A stretch of DNA of 64,000 nucleotides from Octopus sinensis (taxonomy: Eukaryota), in NCBI RefSeq assembly GCF_006345805.1, contig NC_043009.1, positions 42,098,001 to 42,162,000 on the forward strand. The letters are read 5' to 3'. Positions 26,000 to 40,153 of the stretch are shown piece by piece. The notes under the pieces are model-generated. The model ran no database searches, was not told the DNA's origin, and saw only the letters and a program-made list of their open reading frames with translations. The position numbers and the translations under genes were made by a program. Positions within the stretch are counted from its first letter, which is position 1. The number at the start of each line of letters is the position of its first letter.

Positions 26000-26294
26000 G
26001 AGAGAAAAAACAATGCGATCAAGAGAATCCCAATAAAGAAAACACTCAGTAGCGCTCATATGATTTGAGCTTACACAATGATATCTTCATAGAGGACCAA
26101 ATCGGTTAGGCAAAGACTGGCTATAAGAGGAATCCCAGTGAGCAGATACGGAAACAATAATTCAAATACGCAGATAAGTTCTTGGGTATTAATGTATAAA
26201 ATATACATACAGGTATACATGCTTATATATTTTGTGCATACATGTCTACATATTTTGTACATTAAAACTCAAGGCTTTATCTGTTCATTTGAAT

Positions 26295-26344
<50 letters not shown>

Positions 26345-26816
26345 TTCTCTGAATATATAGCCCCTTAACTACTACTTCGGATTCTTATCTCCAGCCTCAG
26401 CTATGAGCTTCGAACTTTACGGATGACCGATGACGCAGCGTACCTATTAGTTTAGATCATCTGTGAACTAAACCCCTCATATTCTCATATTCTCTCTATA
26501 TATATTGTTTATTTAATTTTGTGATTTTTAGAATAATATTGAAATATAATTAAAATCTTCTATCCTTAAATCCTTAAAAGTGTTTTAGCCCGAAGGCCGC
26601 GGCCATGCTGGAGCACCACGGCTGTTCTATATTTATTTATTATAGATAATATCTTTCACTATTAATTGAATTACTTAATAGGGGTTTTATCTATTAATTA
26701 TTAACATAAATTATATATTGTGAAATTTGATTTAGTATTGCTAAAGTGAATTTTTCCCTGCAAGTTTGGAATTTCATATTCCCTACTGCTAATTATATAT
26801 ATATATATATATATAT

Positions 26817-26981
26817 AGGTGTAGAAGTGGGTGTGTGGTAAGTAGCTTGCTTACGAACCACATGTTTCCGGGTTCAGTTCCACTGCGTGGCACCTTGGGT
26901 AAGTGTCTTCTACTATAGCCTCGGGCCGACCAAAGACTTGTCAGTGGATTTTGTAGACGGAAACTGAAAGAAGCCCGTCGT

Positions 26982-26982
<1 letters not shown>
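26817..26982 (+). mobile_element. SINE family A 5' half
   Basis: Family A head through gaaagaagcccgtcg. Confidence 0.75.
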
Positions 26983-27040
<58 letters not shown>

Positions 27041-27519
27041 TGCCGTTGTCGAGTGGTACCCGCGTATAGGGACCACTCGGAAGAGAAGAGCTCCAATCAA
27101 GTGGGAAGATGATTTAACAAAGATTTTGGAACAACGTGGAAGAGAATGGCGAGAGCACTAGGGGAATGGAGCGAATGTTGTAACCATATGTATATATATA
27201 TGCCTGAATATAAGTGTGTATATATATATATCTATATCTACCTATCTATCTGTATATATATATATGCAAACACATACATACACACACAACACATGTATAC
27301 AACACGCACACAAATATATTACAGAAGTAAATAGACCTCCTGATAATCGTTGAAATTTATCTTAATCTGAAATTATACATTAAAATTATTTATTAATTAT
27401 TATTATGTGAATATCTAATATATAGAATACATACCTTTTTCATTTTCAATGCAAGAATCCTATTAGGCCGTCTGAAAAGATAACGAATATTCTCTTTCGG
27501 AATTTCTTGCCAAGTTTCA

Positions 27520-27795
27520 ACTTGGTCTGCTATGTCAGAGGCTCTGCAACAAGGATTATCCTCCAGACTTCTTTTGATAAAGCAAAAGCTCCTGTCAAAG
27601 AGCTCTCGTTGACCTAGGCGAGGTGATGTCCACTCCTTCCCTTCTCTGGTGAATTGCACAGTCATTCTATTAACTGTAGAAAGCGGGATCCCAAGGTTTT
27701 CTGCGATTTTACGGTAAGACCACTTTCAGATTGACCCATAGTACGGTCGCTTTGAAATTCGGACAGTTTGACGTCTTCTCTTAAACGTGGTATGA
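27520..27795 (-). pseudogene. Tc1-like transposase N-terminal HTH remnant
   Basis: Minus strand gives PRLREDVKLSEFQSDRTMGQSESG / RKIAENLGIPLSTVNRMTVQFTREG...PRLG...IKRSLEDNP (frameshifted). Confidence 0.6.
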
Positions 27796-28039
27796 TTAAC
27801 ATTAACTCTAGATGTACTAACATTTCTTACTTCCTACTAGAGTCATAGTGTCACTTTTGACCGGCATTAAAAATCTTATTGGAAAAAAATTACTTACAAA
27901 TATATACATACATACATACATAAATATAAGAGAGTAACCACTATGTGGTCGACTCTAGCACTAAAGATAGATCCGCTAGGTTTCAGCCACAAAGAATTGT
28001 TTCCGATGAAAGTTAGCACGACTACTAGCGCAAACTAAC

Positions 28040-28190
28040 AGGGCAATATATAAGACAACAAAAGAATGAAAGAGACTTCGATATTATGTAAATAGAGGAA
28101 TTTATCTGTAAATGTAACATGTGACAATTATTCGGTAGCCATGATAAAACTCCGAGTTTCGGATGCCGAGGTGGAAATTCACGCCGCCGT
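28040..28190 (-). mobile_element. Fragment of the PLE 3' pseudo-LTR family seen at 54700-54870
   Basis: Reverse complement ...ttccacctcggcatccgaaactcggagttttatc...ataaattcctctatttacataatat aligns to 54735-54870. Confidence 0.7.
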
Positions 28191-28334
28191 AAACAAACAA
28201 ACGGAGTTTGCTATAGAAGCGTTGAGATGTCTTAGAAAGTTAGCGAAGTGATTTTAAATTCTCAAACGCAGGATAATGCTAATAATATAGCCTGAACAGG
28301 ATAAGCTACCCCTATTTTGCAGAAAAAAATGTTG

Positions 28335-28408
28335 TCAGCCGGCTATGAGACTCGAACTCACACCTCCGTAATTACGCGTCGGGGTGCTCTGAACCATTAA
28401 GCTGAATC
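28335..28408 (-). pseudogene. tRNA-like sequence (tRNA pseudogene or isolated SINE head; CGT in the putative anticodon loop)
   Basis: tcagcttaatggttcagagca (A box/D arm) ... tgagttcgagtctca (T arm/B box); the acceptor stem is incomplete. Confidence 0.45.
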
Positions 28409-28476
28409 ATATATATATATACACTCACACACACACATATATATATATAATACATACATACAAACAATATATATGT

Positions 28477-28515
<39 letters not shown>

Positions 28516-29439
28516 CATACATATGAAATGTTGTTTCATGATCACATGAATAACAGTCGTAGAAATTAAAGACGAAAATCAAAAAGCAATAACAGTCATA
28601 AATGACCGCTCGGTTCTTCCAGCGTTAAACAGTCACATAGATAACCCTAAACATAAAAATGTCAATTAATAAAATATATTAACCTTTCAAGTTAAAATAA
28701 AGATAAAACGATGTTTTATAGGGTGTCTATTTACTTCTGCCATGCATGTATATGTATGTGTGTGTGTGAATATATATATATATATTCATTCAAATATACG
28801 CGCATGGACATACACATAATGTTATCACAGATGACAAGTTACAAAAAAGAAAAAAGGAACAAAACCGTCGGAATATACAAATGATTATGATGAGGAGGAT
28901 AATGGTGACTATGATGATGTCTGCGACAGCCACAACAAATTCCAGCACAACACCTCCAACAACGACACCCATTATACCAGAAACAAAATAAATTTTATGA
29001 AACGCACAGAAATTTCGAATCATTAATAATTTAGTATAAGATTACAAATCTCAACCGTTTAATCGCTGGAAGGATATAAAAAATTAAAGATGGAGTTTAT
29101 TAAATAAAGGGAAGCACAATTCGATCTTCAATACTTAAGTATGGAATGTCTGCAACAAGGGTCTATTCTTATAATCAGTTATTCTGATAACCAGATTGGA
29201 CGTGGGAATAACTCGAGGCCTTTCCAGTGCATTTGCTATCCGAATTTATTTGAATTAAATTAGTACAGAAACCAGATTCAGTACGGAAAGATTTGAGGTT
29301 TCGTATAAGAATACGTCTACGTAAACAATGCGATCAAAGAGGAATCTTTTTGGACCTAAACAACAACTGTAACAACAATTTAGTTCCCGTTTAGTTCCAG
29401 CTTGGTGTATAGATATGTACATATGCAATTTCATTCTTG

Positions 29440-29900
29440 ATTGCCAGACATGTTATCATCAAAGTTAACAAAACTTGCCCTCTTTAGGGAATATGCTGAG
29501 AGTATTCTTCTATACGATGGCGAAACCTACGCTGACGAAAGAAGTTTCAAAATCGACTTCAAAATATGTATACTGGGATTCTCAATTGGGTTCAAAATAT
29601 CTCATAGTTTGAGCATAAGACACGTTCTACACATCTCTAGTTTTCTTGTTCAACTCCTGGTAGACTTTGTTGCAGGCCACAAGCTATCGTGCTGAACAAT
29701 AGAGCGTATCAGATGTAATATACTGGAAACTTTTGCAACTAATATTGTGTGAAGACCCCCTCAAATACATTGATGTTATTGATAGAGAATAACAATATGA
29801 ACTTGAAGATCTACCAAAGTAAATGGATTCTTAGCGTAGCATTGTTACAAAATCTGTTAAGTCTTAAATCAGAGTCCAACAATCGCTTCGTTTGGGACGG
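29440..29900 (+). mobile_element. Highly degenerate RTE-clade LINE ORF2 3' fragment
   Basis: KLALFREYAESILLYDGET resembles the RTE K..LF...VESVLLYG.ETW motif; AGH.YRAEQ..VSDVIYWK follows in shifted frames. Confidence 0.5.
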
Positions 29901-30204
29901 GTGTTGTGATTACTTTCAAATATGTAATACTACGGAATAAACAATCATACAGATACACATACATATAGATACATGTATGTATATATTTATGTGATGTTGT
30001 TTAGCTCTTGACTAGTAAGCAGAATGAAAAAAGATGTTCACCTCATAATCCTTCTATTTTTACTCTGTTATTTTCCAAGTTAAATCATATTAACCAATGG
30101 ATCGTTCTCCTCTTTTCAATGATGATGGATCGTGAACTGAGTTGGATCTAGCAGCTATTTCTTGCGCAGCGCTTCGAACACATTAAAACTGCCCCATCAA
30201 CTCG

Positions 30205-30237
<33 letters not shown>

Positions 30238-30239
<2 letters not shown>

Positions 30240-30428
30240 TCTGTCTTCCCTCCCTGGGATCTTTCCTTCTCCTTGTTTCCGACGAAGAGCTCCGCTCGAA
30301 ACGTTAAACCCTCCTTCCCTTCTTTCCTGAGCATCAATAATACTTTAATTGTTCCACGTCCTGCGTTGCTGTGTTTTTTTCTCTTTTTTCTCTTTTTTTT
30401 CTGTGTTTTCTTGTTTGGATTAACTTTA
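30238..30428 (+). mobile_element. Short PLE pseudo-LTR-like element between (TA)n tracts with a minimal hammerhead motif at 30275-30309
   Basis: GTTT-CCGACGAA-GAGC-tcc-GCTC-GAAA-CG-TT-AAAC. Confidence 0.7.
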
Positions 30429-31345
30429 TATATATATATATATATATATATGTTCAATTTGCATAGGCTTCAACATACTAATTTTGGGATGCTTCCTTAT
30501 GATAATATATCCAATACTTCATCATATCTGTAGGTAACTAACATTAAGAACCAAATATCCTTATTCAATAACAAACACGTCTAACATAGCCACCAGGTCG
30601 CTAATACAGGAGCTAACATCTAACCGCTAATCAAATCGATTTCACTTATTGACTGATACTGTTTTTATGAACCTCGAAAACCTCAGCAGTCTTTGATCAC
30701 CGGTTGATCAAAACAACAACTTGCTTCACTATATTTTATATCATCAACGGTTTTACTGTTGAATAGATTGCAGTCCATTCTATGTCTCTGGCTTCGTTGT
30801 TTGGCCACAAGTCAACCTTAATTGAGCCAACATATAATCAAAAGCAATTGATCCAAGACAAGCTTGACTGTTGAGGGGCATCTAGAGCATGGTCATTAAA
30901 TATCTCCTTTCTTGTTTAACAATATGGCTGACTGAAAATACCTCAGAGTAGCATTTTATTTGTTAGTTACATATACAGTAGGTCTTTACACGTGCAATAG
31001 AATGCGATAAAGAACTACAACGAACGGAGTGTGTCTATGCAATTAGTGGACGAAATCACCATCCAGCGATGCTTAAAATTCTATAAAGCAACAACAAGGG
31101 AGATAACTATAACAATATAAACTAAAATCAGTTTTGAAAAATAAAGACGATGTGATAATGACTGAGGTTTTCCTCTGAGTAAAACTGAAGTAAGGAGCCT
31201 AAGCGTTTCGATATGTTGCTAGATCTTATAAAAAAAGTATATTCAGTGCTGTTGGCATGAGGTTGAAGTGAACATTTTGAGAGCGTGTGTATGAGTGTGT
31301 TCATATGTATGTCTGCATGCTTGTATGTATATGTGTCTGCATATA

Positions 31346-31438
<93 letters not shown>

Positions 31439-31728
31439 TGTGTTTGCGTATGTATGTGTATATATACACATTTATAGATTTGTATATCTATGCTATACAT
31501 CTATATCTGTGTGCGTGTGTGTTATATATACATACAAGCATACATAAATAGATACATACATACGTACACACATACATACATACATACATATATATATGCT
31601 TGCACACGCACGCACACACACACACTCACACACACAGAAACACACACACATGTATATATAAAGAGAGAAAAAGAGAGACAGAGAGAAAGATAGGTATATA
31701 GATAGATAGATTGATATAGATAAATAGA

Positions 31729-31764
<36 letters not shown>

Positions 31765-31853
31765 AAGGCAGGAAGACAGATAGATAGATAGATCGGCAGA
31801 CAGACAAACAGAAAAACAGACACACAGACACACAGACACACAAACAGACAGGC

Positions 31854-31927
<74 letters not shown>

Positions 31928-32586
31928 TAAAGCTGATTAAGAATATCCTCAGTATGAGTAGGGTTAGGGTTAGCGTTCACGCTAAATACATGTATTTTTC
32001 AGAAAAACTAACAAAACCAAAATCTGCCTCTATGTATGTTTAAGACATAACAGAAACTTTCAAGGGAGATAATTGCTGTGAATTCAGCTGATCGAAATGT
32101 TCAGCAAATAATGATGACGATGATATTTGGTAGGTGTTTGACTGAAGGTAAGTATCGTTTATAGAATTTCAATAATGACAATAGGACTTTGCTCTCTATC
32201 TCTTTTCTTATATTTATGTTTTAGGGTTATCTAAGGCCATATTATTGAATGCGACTGCAGAGGGCTGGTTTGGATGAGATTTGGCTGTTATTTTCAGCAT
32301 GTCTAGCGATCACATATGGGGGTTCATTTGCTCGATCGAGTGACATTTGAGAGAAGTGGGTCGAATAACAGAGTCGACAGTGCATCGACTTGCGGTATTT
32401 TTCTGCCTTTTATTTATTTTTAAAAACATTTTACGCTCTGGTTGAAGTCCGGCGGAGGTCAACATTGCTTTTTATTCTTTCAGTCTATAAGATACACTTA
32501 AGTTAAACTTAGGACGGTGATATGAAAAACCAATAATGCTTAAGGGACGTTTAAGAAAGAAATCAACGGAATTTTAGTGTCTAGGG

Positions 32587-32783
32587 CAATGGTTTTCAAC
32601 CAGGTTTCCGCGGAGCCTTAGGGTTCCGCAAGAAGTTACAAAAATGCTAAAATCGACAGTAATTTTTAATTCTCCTGTACAGATATTTGTGCATAAGACA
32701 ATTACATTATTGCACAGGGGTTCCTCGAGCCAGTGAAATGTTTTCTTGGGGTTCCGCTCCAGCAAAAAGGTTGAAAAGCACTG
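32587..32783. mobile_element. hAT (Charlie-like) MITE with 8-bp TSD
   Basis: TIRs caatggttttcaacc / ggttgaaaagcactg; TSD gtctaggg at 32579-32586 and 32784-32791. Confidence 0.85.
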
Positions 32784-34671
32784 GTCTAGGGTATTAAATG
32801 GTGGGAAATTGGAAGTGTGATTAAAGCTACGTATTAAATGCACTGAGGTAGTTGTTCTGACACTTTTCCATTAGGGCTCATATCATGCCGAGGTCAGCTT
32901 TGTCTTAAGTCCTTTCGGGGATCGATAAACGAACAACCAATCCAGGATGGTGAGTTGGCGGAATAGAAAGAATGCTGGGTTCAATGACTTGTGGTATAAG
33001 CAAGGGAGTCTTAAGGTATGAGTACAGTAGGCGTTGTCCAGGGGCCTCATGATTATGATCTATGTATATTGTAGTTTGTTGTCAATATAATATACTATAA
33101 GACCCAGTGTACAGATTTGCTCGGAGACCATAAAAGCTGCTGAGATGGCCCCCGAATCAATATTTCGCCTCTGCGTTCTGAGTCAAATCTAGCCGCTGCT
33201 AACATGAGTGGGTTACTTAATCTGTTACCTGCTTCAATATGATCTTCTGGCCTCTGGGATGCCTTTAGCAAAGCCCGGTATGTTGCATGCATTCGGACCT
33301 GGTTTCTAGCTTGAAGATAACACTGTCCTTCTCCCATCCCGCCAGTCTCGAATGGCATGTAAAATATTATGATCAATGCCTTCTCTCCTGATAAGATAAA
33401 AAAAACAAACTTCCCAAGGTGCATTCGAACTATTGACCTTTTGGCCGGTATACCGTCATAGTATCGACGCGGACAGCAGCGATTCCCAAAATCGCAACTA
33501 ATTTCATGATTAAGTCGTCGCTAACCGTATCGACGTCTATGAGGTTATATATAATTGAAATAATCTGGTGATTAACCTGAGGTAATTTTTTTTTTTCACC
33601 CCGATTCCACCTGCGTCACGCATTTAGAGAAACGAAACGAAACGATTCAAAAAGAAACGTTATTCGTTCATTTTTCTTTTCTCTTCTGTGTCTTACGTTT
33701 TAAGTAAAAATTCTACACCCCTTGCATTTTCAAAAGTTCCACATTCACCCACTACCGTTCAAAGAACAAACGCTAATTGTGTCCTCCCTATTTCAGTAAG
33801 TGACACTTTTCTGTCCCTTAATAACCAAAGAACGCTCTTGTCAACTATTAGCAATAGTCTACCTTATAATTTCTAAGAACTGTGTTTAAAAATTGAAGCA
33901 TCAATCGCGTGCTAAAAGAAAAAAACAAATAAATATATAAATAAAATAAAATAAAATAAAATAAACCAAGTAATTCTTATAATTAAAGAGTGTTTCAATG
34001 GTGATATTAGAGAATTTTCTTTCTTCAGAAAACATTTATTGAACTGTCTGTATTGTATTTTATCTCGCCAACATTACTCGTAAATCTTCGTTTTGTATTT
34101 TAGATGTTATAAAATGGCAGGAATATTCTTGCCTAATGTTCTGCTGTTGACTTGTTTGCTTACTCTAGTAATTCTAACTAATTTATCATCATTATTTCTC
34201 AGCTGTCAATTATCATACAATTTTTATGTTGAAATTCGCCAAACATTTCTTTCGGTATTATTACAGATAATATTCTTCCGTTGATGTTGTTACTACTACT
34301 ACTACTACTACTACTACACTACTACTACTACTACTACTACTTCTGATAATGATGATATTGTTGTTATTGTTGATGCTACTGTTGTTGTCGTAGGAAAAGC
34401 AGCAGCAGCAGCAGCAGCAGTTGTAGTAGTGGTTATTGTTGTTGTTGTTGTTGTTTTTGTTGTTGCTTGTTATTGTTGCTGTAGTTGTTGTTGTTGTTGT
34501 TGTTGTGTTGTTTTTGTTGTTGCTTGTTATTGTTGCTGTAGTTGTTGTTGTTGTTGTTGTTGTTGTTGTTAATCTCTGACTGGCGCTACGGTGTTATTAT
34601 TGAAAATAAACACAACAAACAGTCAGGTCAAGTTTTATAGCGACACTAATTGTCACACTCAAACACAGGGG

Positions 34672-34706
<35 letters not shown>

Positions 34707-35947
34707 AGGAAGGACAGAAGGAAAGAACGATAAAATAGGCAGAGAAATAAAGAAAGAGAGGAGAGAGAGAGAGAGAGAGAGAAGTGCAAGACAAGGCGAG
34801 AGAGAGGGAGAGAAAACAAATACACACCAACCAACAAACAAACAAACAAACAAAAAAGATGACAAAAATAAGACGAAATTGTGAATTGCAATTTATTTAG
34901 TTTTCCTTCTTTTCCTTTTTAGCCAATCAAGAGTCAACAAAATGCTTTTGTGAAACCCTCAAAGAACTCTCAAAAAATCAGCAGCCATTTGTGATATATG
35001 ATGAATAGTGTTACACCTTGTGTTGTGGTTTGTTTTGTTGTTGTTATTGTTTTTTTCTTTTTTAAATTTATATCTGTGTTCGTGAGTACCTTTTTTTTAT
35101 TTTATTTTATTTTATTTTATTTCATTTTGTTTGTGTTTGTATTATTTGCCTTTAGATGTAACTGAAATAAAATATTCCTTTTCCTGGATAACGTTTCCAA
35201 GTAATCGAGCGTGTGTGATTGTATGTATATAATACGTGTGTGTGTGTACGCGCGCGTGTGTATACATATATACATGAACGTATATATATATATATGTATA
35301 TATATATATAATATATTAATAAATAAAACATATGCATATATATATATACATATATGTACGTACCTACCTCTACATGTATATATACACGCATATATGAGTA
35401 CAGGACACCATGTATATATATATATGAGAGATATGTATAGGTGTATCATGTATGTACGTAAAATTAAATACGTATACATGTGTGTGTGTTTGTGTATGTG
35501 TGTGTATTCATATGTCTATGCGTGCGTAGGTAGGCGTTTCTGTGTCACTGTACTTTTGTGTGTGTATGAGAGAATATGTATGAGATAGATAAATAGATAG
35601 AGAGAGAGAGAAAGAGGGAAAGAGAATGAGGGAGAAATGGAGAGTGAGAGAGGGTGGCAGACGGGGAGAGAGAGAGAGATGAGTGAGAGAGAAGTAATGG
35701 ATTGCTTAATACCCATTGATATATCAGGTATGAAGTACCGAAATTCCCACTTAAGAGTCAGAAGGCGGTCAACGACAATTGTTCAAATGAATGACGTAAT
35801 TTTATTAATTCGACACCAGTTACAAAGATAAGACGCCAGAAGAAGAAGAAGACGGAACTGGAAAGTCTCTGAAACAGGAAGTGAAAAGCAGGGTGTGGAA
35901 ACAATACACCTACATGTTCCGACACTTCTAGCATATCTACGATTATA

Positions 35948-36088
35948 TTAGGTTGTCCCAAAAGTTCGTAAACACTTGCGAAAATTGAATTTTTACTCGC
36001 CAAGTACTAACAAAAACAACAAAAATTATTCCTCAAAATAAAGACCATTATTTTCCAAGACTTTCTACGAACTTTTGGGACAACCTTA
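35948..36088. mobile_element. Mariner-type MITE with TA TSD
   Basis: TIRs ttaggttgtcccaaaagttcgta / tacgaacttttgggacaacctta, flanked by TA. Confidence 0.8.
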
Positions 36089-36339
36089 TAGCATATGAAG
36101 TAAAGAATACATTCGCCAAGATTTAAAGGAGAGATTAATCATCAATGAATCTGAAATGGAAAATAAGAAAATGAGCCAACCAGGCATGACTGTTCGGTTC
36201 AGAATTTCACTTTCCAACGATATGGTTTCGAGTTCGGGTGCTGCCCTATCCGTGACAATTTGGGCAAATGTCTTCTACAACAAATCCGGGCTGGTCAGTG
36301 CCTTGTGAGTGTATTTGAGGCACATATACAAGGACTATT

Positions 36340-37893
36340 TTTTTTCTACTCTAGGCACAAGGCCCGAAATTTTGGGGGAGAGGGCCAGTCGATTAGATCG
36401 ACCCCAGAACACAACTGGTACTTAATTTATCGACCCCCTGAAAGGATGAAAGGCAAAGTCAACCTCGGCAGATTTTGAACGTTAGTTGATTAACATTTTG
36501 GTAAAATAGTGATTTCGACTATCTTACGTACGGATAACCGATATAAAAGTATAAGGCTTAAAAGAAAATAAGGACGGGCCTGATTTGTTCAGCTAAATTC
36601 ATCATAACGTTACTCCAGCATGGCTGCAATCCATTGACCAAAGCAAGTAAAAGTTAGATTGTTGGTTCATTTCGCATCAGGTTAGTCCTAACCAAGTCAA
36701 CTGATCATCATAAACAAAAATATTCAAAAGCATGTCTTAGTAATTTATTTTCATGACACCTAAAGGATGAAAGGCAAGGCCCACACCAACAAGTTTCGAA
36801 CTCAGAACGCGAAGAAATGGAACAAATATCAAAAGAACGTTTACTCAAAACCTTTAATGATGATGCGACTAATTCAACGCTCTAAGTCGTAACCAAATAA
36901 CGAATAATACAGAGTTGTTTCAAAGTTTGACACAAGGCCAGCAACTTCAGTGAAGTGGGTGAGTCGATTACATCAACCCAGGTAATAATTTTGTCGATCC
37001 CTAAGGATGAAAGGCAAATTCAACCTTGACAGAACTTGAGCTAAGAACGTTAAAACTTGAAATATTGGAAATGATTTTGCTCGGTTTGCTAACGATTTTT
37101 CCAAACGCCATATTGGTAAAATAGATATTGATTTTAAATTTTGGCACAAGGCCTGCAATGTCGAGGAACGGTGTAGGTCGATCACATTGATCTTAGTGAT
37201 CAACTAGTACTTATATTATCGACCCCCCACACTCAAAGATGAAAGCTAAAGTGGACCTCAGCGGAATTTGAACTCAGAACCTAAAGACGGACGAAATGTC
37301 GCTAAACATTTTTTCCGGCGTGCTAACAATTCTGTCAGCTCACCAACTCAATGCCAGCTCTCTACATTAATAATAATAATATAATAATAATAATAATATA
37401 ATAATAATAATAATCCTTTCTGCAATAAGCACAAAGCCTGAATTTTGTAGGAGAGGGATAATCGATTACGTCGACCCTAGTACTCAACTGGTACTTATTT
37501 AATCGACCCCGAAAGGATGAAAGGCAAAATTGACCTCGGCGAAATTTGAACTCAGAACGTAGCGGCAGACGAAATACCTATTTCTTTACTACCCACAAGG
37601 GGCTAAACACAGAGAGGACAAATAAAGGACAGACAAACGGATTAAGTCGATTATATCGACCCCAGTGCGTAACTGGTACTTAATTTAACGACCCCGAAAG
37701 GATGAAAGGCAAAGTCGACCTCGGCGAAAGTTGAACTCGGAACGTAGCGACAGACGAAATGCCGCAAAATATTTCGCCCAGCGTGCTAACGTTTCTGCCA
37801 GCTCGCCGCCTTCATGCCAGCCCTCTGCCTTAATAATAATAATATAATAATATAATAATATAATAATAATATAATAATAATATAATAAATAAT

Positions 37894-37944
<51 letters not shown>

Positions 37945-37954
37945 AATAATAATA

Positions 37955-38008
<54 letters not shown>

Positions 38009-38742
38009 CCTTTCTGCAATAGGCACAAGCCTGAATTTTGTGGGAGAGGGATAATCGATTACGTCGACCCCCGCACTCAACTGCTACTTATGTTATCGAT
38101 CTCGAAAAAATGAAAAGGAAAGTCGACCACGGTGGAATTTGTATTCAGAACGTAAAGACGGACGAAATACCGCGAAGCATTTTCGTCCGGTGTAATAACA
38201 ATTCTGCCAAGCTCGCCATTTTATTGAAGATGTAGATATTGACAATAATAGTCAGAATCCTCGTCTTCATAGTTACAAACATTATATGAAGATGTAGATG
38301 TATGAAGTAGACTTTAACATTATATTGTTATCTTACTTTTGAAGGCCACAATATCTTTTCGTCGGAAGGAAAATCAAAATATATTTCTTGTTTCCTCAAC
38401 TTTTTGATATGGATGAAGCTTCAATGAAGAGAATTGTGGTTTTAAGATTCCGGATGAAATATTAAAAAATTCCAATGATAATAAAGACAAAAACACACAG
38501 ACATGCACATACCTATTTCTTTACTACCCACAAAGGGCTAAACACAGAGGGGACAAACAAGGACAGACATAGGTATTAAGTCGATTACATCGACCCCAGA
38601 GCGTAACTGGTACTTAATTTATTGACCCCGAAAGGATGAAAGGCAAAGTCGACCTCGGCGGAATTTGAACTCACAACGTAACGCAGACGAAATACCGCTA
38701 AGCATTTCGCCCGACGTGCTAACGTTTCTACCAGCTCGCCGC
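36340..38742 (-). mobile_element. Cluster of SINE family B copies (incl. 37413-37812 B1/B2 dimer, 38008-38218, 38512-38742) interspersed with (TAA)n/(CAA)n
   Basis: Multiple cgaaaggatgaaaggcaaagtcgacctcggcggaatttgaactc motifs; gaaatacctatttc junction at ~37571-37585. Confidence 0.8.
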
Positions 38743-39004
38743 ACATACCATTGACACATACATATACATACCTACGTTCGTATATTCATAATGTACGGAT
38801 GTACGTAGGTTCTTGGAGGAGAGAATGAATCTCGTTTATTCATATACTACAAATATTTATGATATCTAGGTCAATAAAATTCTGCAATACTTTCTTTAGA
38901 TTTAAAAAGTGATGAAGAAATCAAAGAGCTTTCTTTCACAAATTTGCTACCAAGCTGATGTATAAATAAATTTAAATCCAGATTGAAAAGAGAAAAAGAA
39001 AATA

Positions 39005-39398
39005 TACATACATACATACATACATACATACATGCATGCATTCATGCATACATGCATCATATATACATACATACATTCATACATACATACATACATCATA
39101 TATACATACATACATTCATACATACATACATAGATACATAGATACATACATACATGCATGCATACATGCATACATACATACATACATACATACATACATG
39201 CATACATACATACATCAAATATACATACATACATACATGCATACATGCATACATACATACATACATACATACATGCATGCATACATACATACATACATAC
39301 ATACATACATACATACATACATACATTCATACATACATACATACATACATACATACATACATACATACATACATACATACATACATACATGCATGCAT
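39005..39398. repeat. (CATA)n tetranucleotide microsatellite
   Basis: Visible directly. Confidence 0.95.
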
Positions 39399-39696
39399 AG
39401 TTTGCAAATCTAGTATCCAAGATACACTTTCAGCTTCATACCTATTATTATTGGAGCATTAAGGCACATACCAACCTACCCGAAGCAAAGTATGGCTGAA
39501 CTTGAGTTCTTGAGAGAGAACGCAAATCCTTAATTCATACACTACAACGGATCACGATATCTGGGATGATAAATCTGCAAGATCTTAATTAAGATTTAAA
39601 GGATAATGAGCAAAACAAGGTGCTTTCCTTCACAAACTTGCTACCAAGAAGATGATCAGTCAACTCTAATCTAAATTAAAAAGATAAAAAGAATAT

Positions 39697-39741
<45 letters not shown>

Positions 39742-39749
39742 CATGCATA

Positions 39750-39948
39750 CTCTTTACTCTTTTTACTTGTTTCAGTCACGTGACTGTGGTCGTGCTGGAG
39801 CACCGCCTTTAGTCGAGCAAATCGACCCCAGGACTTATTCTTTGTAAGCCTAGTACTTATTCTATCGGTCTTTTCCCGAACCGCTAAGATACGGGAACGT
39901 AAACACACCAGCATCGGTTATCAAGCGATGTTGGGGGGACAAACACAG

Positions 39949-39979
<31 letters not shown>

Positions 39980-40153
39980 CATACATAGATACGACGGGCT
40001 TCTTTCAGTTTCCGTCTACCAAATCCACTCACAAGGCTTTGGTCAACCCGAGGCTATAGTAGAAGACGCTTGCCCAAGGTGCCACGCAGTGGGACTGAAC
40101 CCGGAAACATGTGGTTCGTAAGCAAGCTACTTACCACACAGCCACTCCTACGC
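39750..40153 (-). mobile_element. SINE family A, full length
   Basis: Head and tail motifs as at 9431-9843. Confidence 0.85.

Noticed and set aside
36242-36254. tgccctatccgt resembling the 5' part of a molluscan miRNA as I recall it (miR-1984)
   Set aside because: Only ~12 nt match, it lies in a degenerate SINE A head, and there is no precursor hairpin.
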